The notes below the pieces were generated by a model. The model was not told where the DNA came from, did not search any database, and saw only the letters and a program-made list of their open reading frames with translations. This document shows, in pieces, positions 59,270 to 64,000 of a stretch of 64,000 nucleotides of DNA; within the stretch, counting starts at the first letter, position 1, and the number at the start of each line of letters is the position of its first letter. The DNA lies in NCBI RefSeq assembly GCF_055900595.2, contig NZ_CM148325.1; one strand, 5' to 3'. The position numbers were made by a program, and so were the translations under genes.

Positions 59270-59830
59270 CTATTGTGCGGTCGGCTTCAGGAGAGTCTGC
59301 CCCGGTGTTTTGTGCTCTGCCAGATACTGATGCTGGAATATGCACATACGAATGGCATTACGATATTGACCATTAATAAAGAACTCATGCATCAATTCAC
59401 CTTCAACCGTAAAGCCAAGCTTACGGTAAATGTGAATTGCTTTTTCGTTCTCTTTATCGACGATCAGATACAGCTTATAAAGATTGAGAACGGTGAAGCC
59501 ATAGTCCATTGCTAATTTTGCGGCGCGGGTAGCCAGACCTTTCCCCTGATACTCCGGGGAGATAATTATCTGAAATTCTGCGCGGCGATGGACATGGTTA
59601 ATTTCCACCAGCTCCACCAGACCGGCTTTTTCGCCGTCACATTCCACCACGAAGCGCCGCTCGCTCTGATCGTGAATATGCTTATCATACAGATCAGAGA
59701 GTTCAACGAAGGCTTCGTAGGGTTCCTCAAACCAGTAACGCATCACACTGGCGTTATTGTCGAGTTGATGTACATAGCGTAAATCTTCACGCTCCAGCGG
59801 ACGTAGCTTAACACTGTGGGCGCTTGGCAT
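59270..59830 (-). CDS. speG: Spermidine N1-acetyltransferase (GNAT)
   Basis: 186-aa [47 protein letters not shown]..., matching SpeG. Confidence 0.95.
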   Translation of the reverse strand: MPSAHSVKLRPLEREDLRYVHQLDNNASVMRYWFEEPYEAFVELSDLYDKHIHDQSERRFVVECDGEKAGLVELVEINHVHRRAEFQIIISPEYQGKGLATRAAKLAMDYGFTVLNLYKLYLIVDKENEKAIHIYRKLGFTVEGELMHEFFINGQYRNAIRMCIFQHQYLAEHKTPGQTLLKPTAQ

Positions 59831-59864
59831 AACGTGTCCTTACATTCCTTAAATCAATAACAGG

Positions 59865-60206
59865 TTAGGGGGTAATAACGCGGCCAGTTCGACGGTCCAG
59901 GCAGCGCAATGTATTTGGCTCCCAGTAGGCATTGATGTTGGCACTTTGCTCGCATTTATCGCGGTTATCAAAAGCGGCGTCGGCTTTATCCCACTCTTTT
60001 TCAGTGCGTTTATTCACTTTCTGTCGCAGATTGCGCGTGTCATTCCATTGTTCTTTTTCCATTGCAGCGTGCTGGCGGCTTTGTGCACTGTCTCCAGACT
60101 CAATCACCAGTTTGTTAGTTTCGGCATGGGCCGTTGTGCTCAATGCCAGTGCGCAAGGCAGCAGAAAAGCGAGCAGGCCGATTCGTTTGCTGAGAGTGAC
60201 TTTCAT
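59865..60206 (-). CDS. ynfB: UPF0482 secreted protein YnfB
   Basis: 113-aa ORF with signal peptide. Confidence 0.85.
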   Translation of the reverse strand: MKVTLSKRIGLLAFLLPCALALSTTAHAETNKLVIESGDSAQSRQHAAMEKEQWNDTRNLRQKVNKRTEKEWDKADAAFDNRDKCEQSANINAYWEPNTLRCLDRRTGRVITP

Positions 60207-60340
60207 AATTCATTCCTTGTGTGAATGATTAAAGGCGATTCTACACCATCCACTGTGAACGCAAAACGCACCGGGAGGATGTTTATATTGATGATATTAT
60301 GTCGCCCTATAACTATACATGATGTCAATAAGTGACAAAG

Positions 60341-60667
60341 ATGATTAAAACAACGTTACTGTTTTTTGCTACTGCGCTGTGTGAAATTATTGGATGCTTT
60401 CTGCCTTGGTTGTGGTTAAAACGAAACGCCAGTATCTGGCTGTTGCTTCCGGCGGGGATTTCACTGGCGCTATTTGTCTGGTTGTTAACGTTGCATCCTG
60501 CGGCGAGTGGGCGTGTTTACGCGGCTTATGGTGGCGTTTATGTCTGCACGGCGTTGATTTGGCTGCGCGTTGTGGATGGCGTGAAACTGAGTCTTTATGA
60601 CTGGACGGGGGCGTTGATTGCGCTTTGCGGCATGTTGATCATTGTTGCGGGCTGGGGGCGCGCGTAA
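60341..60667 (+). CDS. ynfA: UPF0060 small membrane protein YnfA
   Basis: ORF 60332..60667; start set at [23 protein letters not shown] (108 aa, four TM). Confidence 0.85.
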
Positions 60668-60704
60668 GGACATAAATCCATTTTATCAATAAGATACAAG
60701 GAAG

Positions 60705-60716
60705 TGTCAGCTGACA
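60705..60716. promoter_or_regulatory. Perfect 12-bp palindrome tgtcagctgaca upstream of rspA; candidate GntR-type operator
   Basis: Palindrome with GT...AC ends about 155 bp upstream of the rspA start. Confidence 0.3.
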
Positions 60717-60872
60717 AAAGGTATTCTATTTCATCTTTTGTCAACCATTCACGGCGCAAATATACGCCTTTTTTTGTGATCACTCCGGCTTTTTTCGATC
60801 TTCATACTTGTATGGTAGTAGCTCAGTTGCGTAGATTTCATGCATCACGACAAGCGATGCAAGGAATCGAAC

Positions 60873-62087
60873 ATGAAGATCGTAAAGGCTGAAGTTTTTG
60901 TTACCTGTCCGGGGCGTAATTTCGTCACATTAAAAATCACCACTGAGGACGGTATTACGGGCCTTGGGGATGCCACCCTCAATGGACGTGAGCTTTCCGT
61001 GGCCTCTTATTTGCAGGATCACCTTTGTCCGCAGCTTATTGGTCGCGATGCACAGCGTATCGAAGATATCTGGCAGTTTTTCTATAAAGGTGCGTACTGG
61101 CGTCGCGGTCCGGTGACGATGTCGGCCATTTCAGCGGTTGATATGGCGCTGTGGGATATTAAAGCCAAAGCTGCCAACATGCCGCTTTACCAGTTACTCG
61201 GCGGCGCGTCTCGTGAAGGGGTGATGGTTTATTGCCATACCACCGGTCACAGTATTGATGAAGCTCTGGATGATTATGCCCGTCATCAGGAGCTGGGATT
61301 CAAAGCCATCCGCGTGCAGTGCGGAATCCCTGGTATGAAAACCACCTACGGCATGTCGAAAGGCAAAGGTCTGGCTTATGAACCCGCAACCAAAGGACAG
61401 TGGCCGGAAGAGCAGCTGTGGTCGACGGAGAAATACCTCGATTTCATGCCGAAATTGTTTGACGCGGTACGTAACAAGTTTGGTTTTAATGAACATTTGC
61501 TGCATGACATGCACCATCGCTTAACGCCTATTGAAGCGGCGCGCTTTGGTAAAAGCATTGAAGATTATCGCATGTTCTGGATGGAAGACCCGACGCCTGC
61601 GGAAAACCAGGAATGCTTCCGCCTGATTCGCCAACACACCGTCACGCCAATTGCAGTGGGTGAAGTCTTCAACAGCATCTGGGACTGCAAACAGCTGATT
61701 GAAGAGCAACTTATCGACTATATCCGCACCACGCTGACTCACGCGGGGGGGATTACCGGTATGCGCCGGATTGCCGATTTTGCTTCGTTGTATCAGGTAC
61801 GTACTGGCTCACACGGTCCTTCCGATTTGTCACCAGTCTGCATGGCTGCGGCGCTGCACTTTGATCTGTGGGTCCCCAATTTCGGTGTCCAGGAATACAT
61901 GGGCTATTCCGAACAAATGCTTGAAGTCTTCCCGCACAACTGGACTTTCGATAACGGCTATATGCATCCGGGAGACAAACCGGGTCTTGGCATCGAATTC
62001 GATGAAAAGCTGGCGGCGAAATATCCCTATGAACCTGCTTATCTGCCAGTCGCACGTCTGGAAGATGGCACGCTGTGGAACTGGTAA
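60873..62087 (+). CDS. rspA: Starvation-sensing protein RspA (enolase superfamily, mannonate dehydratase-like)
   Basis: ORF 60840..62087; start set at [40 protein letters not shown] (404 aa). Confidence 0.93.
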   Translation: MKIVKAEVFVTCPGRNFVTLKITTEDGITGLGDATLNGRELSVASYLQDHLCPQLIGRDAQRIEDIWQFFYKGAYWRRGPVTMSAISAVDMALWDIKAKAANMPLYQLLGGASREGVMVYCHTTGHSIDEALDDYARHQELGFKAIRVQCGIPGMKTTYGMSKGKGLAYEPATKGQWPEEQLWSTEKYLDFMPKLFDAVRNKFGFNEHLLHDMHHRLTPIEAARFGKSIEDYRMFWMEDPTPAENQECFRLIRQHTVTPIAVGEVFNSIWDCKQLIEEQLIDYIRTTLTHAGGITGMRRIADFASLYQVRTGSHGPSDLSPVCMAAALHFDLWVPNFGVQEYMGYSEQMLEVFPHNWTFDNGYMHPGDKPGLGIEFDEKLAAKYPYEPAYLPVARLEDGTLWNW

Positions 62088-62098
62088 GGAGTAAGATA

Positions 62099-63118
62099 AT
62101 GAAAAGCATTTTAATTGAAAAACCGAATCAACTGGCAATTATCGAACGCGAAATACCCACCCCGTCAGCGGGTGAAGTACGAGTAAAAGTGAAACTTGCC
62201 GGAATTTGTGGTTCAGATAGCCATATTTATCGTGGGCATAATCCTTTTGCGAAATATCCGCGCGTCATTGGACATGAATTCTTTGGCGTCATTGATGCAG
62301 TGGGTGAAGGCGTGGAAAGCGACAGAGTCGGTGAACGCGTTGCTGTCGATCCGGTGGTCAGCTGTGGGCATTGCTATCCGTGCTCTATAGGTAAGCCGAA
62401 CGTTTGTACGACACTGGCTGTATTAGGTGTGCACGCTGACGGTGGTTTCAGTGAATATGCCGTGGTGCCGGCAAAAAATGCGTGGAAAATTCCTGAAGCA
62501 GTGGCCGATCAATATGCGGTGATGATCGAACCTTTTACCATTGCGGCTAACGTTACCGGTCATGGTCAACCGACTGAAAATGATACCGTTCTGGTTTACG
62601 GTGCAGGTCCAATCGGCCTGACAATCGTTCAGGTATTAAAAGGCGTCTATAACGTTAAGAATGTGATTGTTGCCGATCGCATTGATGAACGACTGGAAAA
62701 AGCGAAAGAGAGCGGGGCAGACTGGGCGATTAATAACAGCCAGACACCGCTTGGCGAGATTTTCGCTGAAAAAGGCATAAAGCCGACATTAATTATCGAT
62801 GCGGCTTGTCATCCTTCAATCCTGAAAGAAGCCGTAATGCTGGCTTCTCCAGCGGCACGTATTGTATTGATGGGCTTCTCCAGTGAACCGTCTGAGGTGA
62901 TTCAGCAAGGAATTACCGGAAAAGAACTCTCTATTTTCTCTTCACGCTTAAATGAAAATAAATTCCCGGTCGTTATCGACTGGTTAAGTAAAGGGTTAAT
63001 TAAACCAGAAAAACTAATTACCCATACGTTTGATTTCCAGCATGTTGCTGATGCCATTAGTTTATTTGAACAGGATCAAAAGCATTGCTGCAAAGTCTTA
63101 CTCACTTTTTCTGAATAA
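62099..63118 (+). CDS. rspB: Zn-dependent alcohol dehydrogenase-family oxidoreductase RspB
   Basis: ORF 62075..63118; start set at MKSILIEKPNQLAIIEREIPTP (339 aa); GHE and Cys zinc motifs. Confidence 0.93.
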   Translation: MKSILIEKPNQLAIIEREIPTPSAGEVRVKVKLAGICGSDSHIYRGHNPFAKYPRVIGHEFFGVIDAVGEGVESDRVGERVAVDPVVSCGHCYPCSIGKPNVCTTLAVLGVHADGGFSEYAVVPAKNAWKIPEAVADQYAVMIEPFTIAANVTGHGQPTENDTVLVYGAGPIGLTIVQVLKGVYNVKNVIVADRIDERLEKAKESGADWAINNSQTPLGEIFAEKGIKPTLIIDAACHPSILKEAVMLASPAARIVLMGFSSEPSEVIQQGITGKELSIFSSRLNENKFPVVIDWLSKGLIKPEKLITHTFDFQHVADAISLFEQDQKHCCKVLLTFSE

Positions 63119-63175
63119 TACCAATAACGGCGAGTAAGTAGTACGCATCTTACCTCTTTTTTAGAGATAACCATT

Positions 63176-63304
63176 ATGACAATAGAAAAACACGAAAGAA
63201 GCACTAAGGATTTGGTGAAAGCAGCAGTATCGGGATGGCTGGGCACTGCGCTTGAATTTATGGATTTCAAGAGTCATACGTGTCAACTATTTGATAAATA
63301 TTAA
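63176..63304 (+). pseudogene. ydfJ: 5' fragment of an MFS (MHS-type) transporter gene, probably ydfJ, cut by the prophage junction
   Basis: Hand-found ORF MTIEKHERSTKDLVKAAVSGWLGTALEFMDF then out-of-context residues KSHTCQLFDKY*; the G-x-x-x-E-x-x-DF motif is the start of TM1 in MHS transporters. Confidence 0.5.
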
Positions 63305-63305
63305 A

Positions 63306-64000
63306 TTAATTTTTCATTGCTTCGTTATGGGGCATGGTTGGGGCAAACTCGCTTAACTGTGTATTTAACAAAGCTACCTGTGCATTATTGTTTTCAGACA
63401 TCCATTTTCCGTATACCTGAAATACCATTTGCGCATCTGCATGGCCCATCTGGTTTGCTATAAATGCCGGATTAGCACCAGCTGTCAGCGACCAGCAGGC
63501 ATAAGTATGTCTCGACTGATATGATTTTCGATGGCGGAGTCCGGCACGTTTTATCGCTGCGTCCCACATCTGCCTTATTGAGTCAACGGTAAAATGGTCA
63601 CCATAATTTTTTACTCTCGCTGACACTTCAGGTTGAAAAACAAAGGTGCATTTTTGTTTTTCTGTTCTGCCATACTCTCTGAGGTGAACATCAATGATAT
63701 GCTCTTTGCTCAGTCTCGTTAATGTCATCTGACTCCGGAGAGCGTCGATTGCTGGCTTAATAAGATGAATGACCCGATTGGTTCCCGCCTGTGTTTTTGG
63801 TACCGTGAAACGGTCTTTTGCTAAATTTCTCCTGATCATCATTGTTCCATTTTTCAGATCTATGTCCTCCCATCCAAGTGCACACAGCTCACCAGGGCGA
63901 ACGCCAGTATAAACAGAAACACACCATAAATTTTTTGCTTGCTGATTTCTGCACGCATCGATAAGACGGATAAATTCCTCCCGCGAAAGAGGATCCGGAA
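63306..64000 (-). CDS. intQ: Phage-type tyrosine integrase, C-terminal part in window (Qin-like prophage intQ); continues past window end
   Basis: ORF 63306..63842 has the catalytic region (R...HxxR...Y); the same frame stays open upstream to 64000 (…PLSREEFIRLIDACRNQQAKNLWCVSVYTGVRPGELCALGWEDIDLKNGTMMIRRN…). Confidence 0.8.
   Translation of the reverse strand, partial: PDPLSREEFIRLIDACRNQQAKNLWCVSVYTGVRPGELCALGWEDIDLKNGTMMIRRNLAKDRFTVPKTQAGTNRVIHLIKPAIDALRSQMTLTRLSKEHIIDVHLREYGRTEKQKCTFVFQPEVSARVKNYGDHFTVDSIRQMWDAAIKRAGLRHRKSYQSRHTYACWSLTAGANPAFIANQMGHADAQMVFQVYGKWMSENNNAQVALLNTQLSEFAPTMPHNEAMKN

Noticed and set aside
42515-59830. Possible polyamine island (mdtJI spermidine exporter and speG spermidine acetyltransferase in the same window)
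   Set aside because: The genes are about 16 kb apart with many unrelated conserved genes between them and no mobility signatures; likely coincidental core-genome neighbours.

Overview
This window reads as a contiguous, well-characterised stretch of Escherichia coli K-12-type core chromosome from the replication-terminus region, shown in reverse orientation to the standard K-12 map. I found no convincing candidate for a previously undescribed system; almost every ORF over about 100 aa matches a known E. coli protein. Gene order runs gstA (partial), dtpA, nth, rsxEGDCBA, ydgK, cnu, blr, ydgJ, add, malY, malX, malI, hdhA, uidR, uidABC, ydgA, manA, fumA, fumC, tus with TerB, rstBA, ydgC, folM, ydgI, an IS10 inserted into the 3' end of ydgH, pntAB, tqsA, mdtJI, ydgD, ydgU, asr, ynfM, ynfL, mlc, ynfK, clcB, dmsD, ynfHGFE, ynfD, ynfC, speG, ynfB, ynfA, rspAB, then the edge of a Qin-like prophage (ydfJ 5' fragment and a phage integrase running off the window). 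Gene identities rest on reading the supplied translations against remembered protein sequences and lengths; no database search was possible. The only clearly non-canonical feature is the IS10 copy with 9-bp target-site duplications that truncates ydgH. Other items worth a second look are the rsxC in-frame tandem repeat, TerB beside tus, the prophage junction, the tandem ynfE/ynfF paralogs and several operator-like palindromes. No rRNA, tRNA or CRISPR array was seen. Hand-derived coordinates may be off by 1-2 bp.
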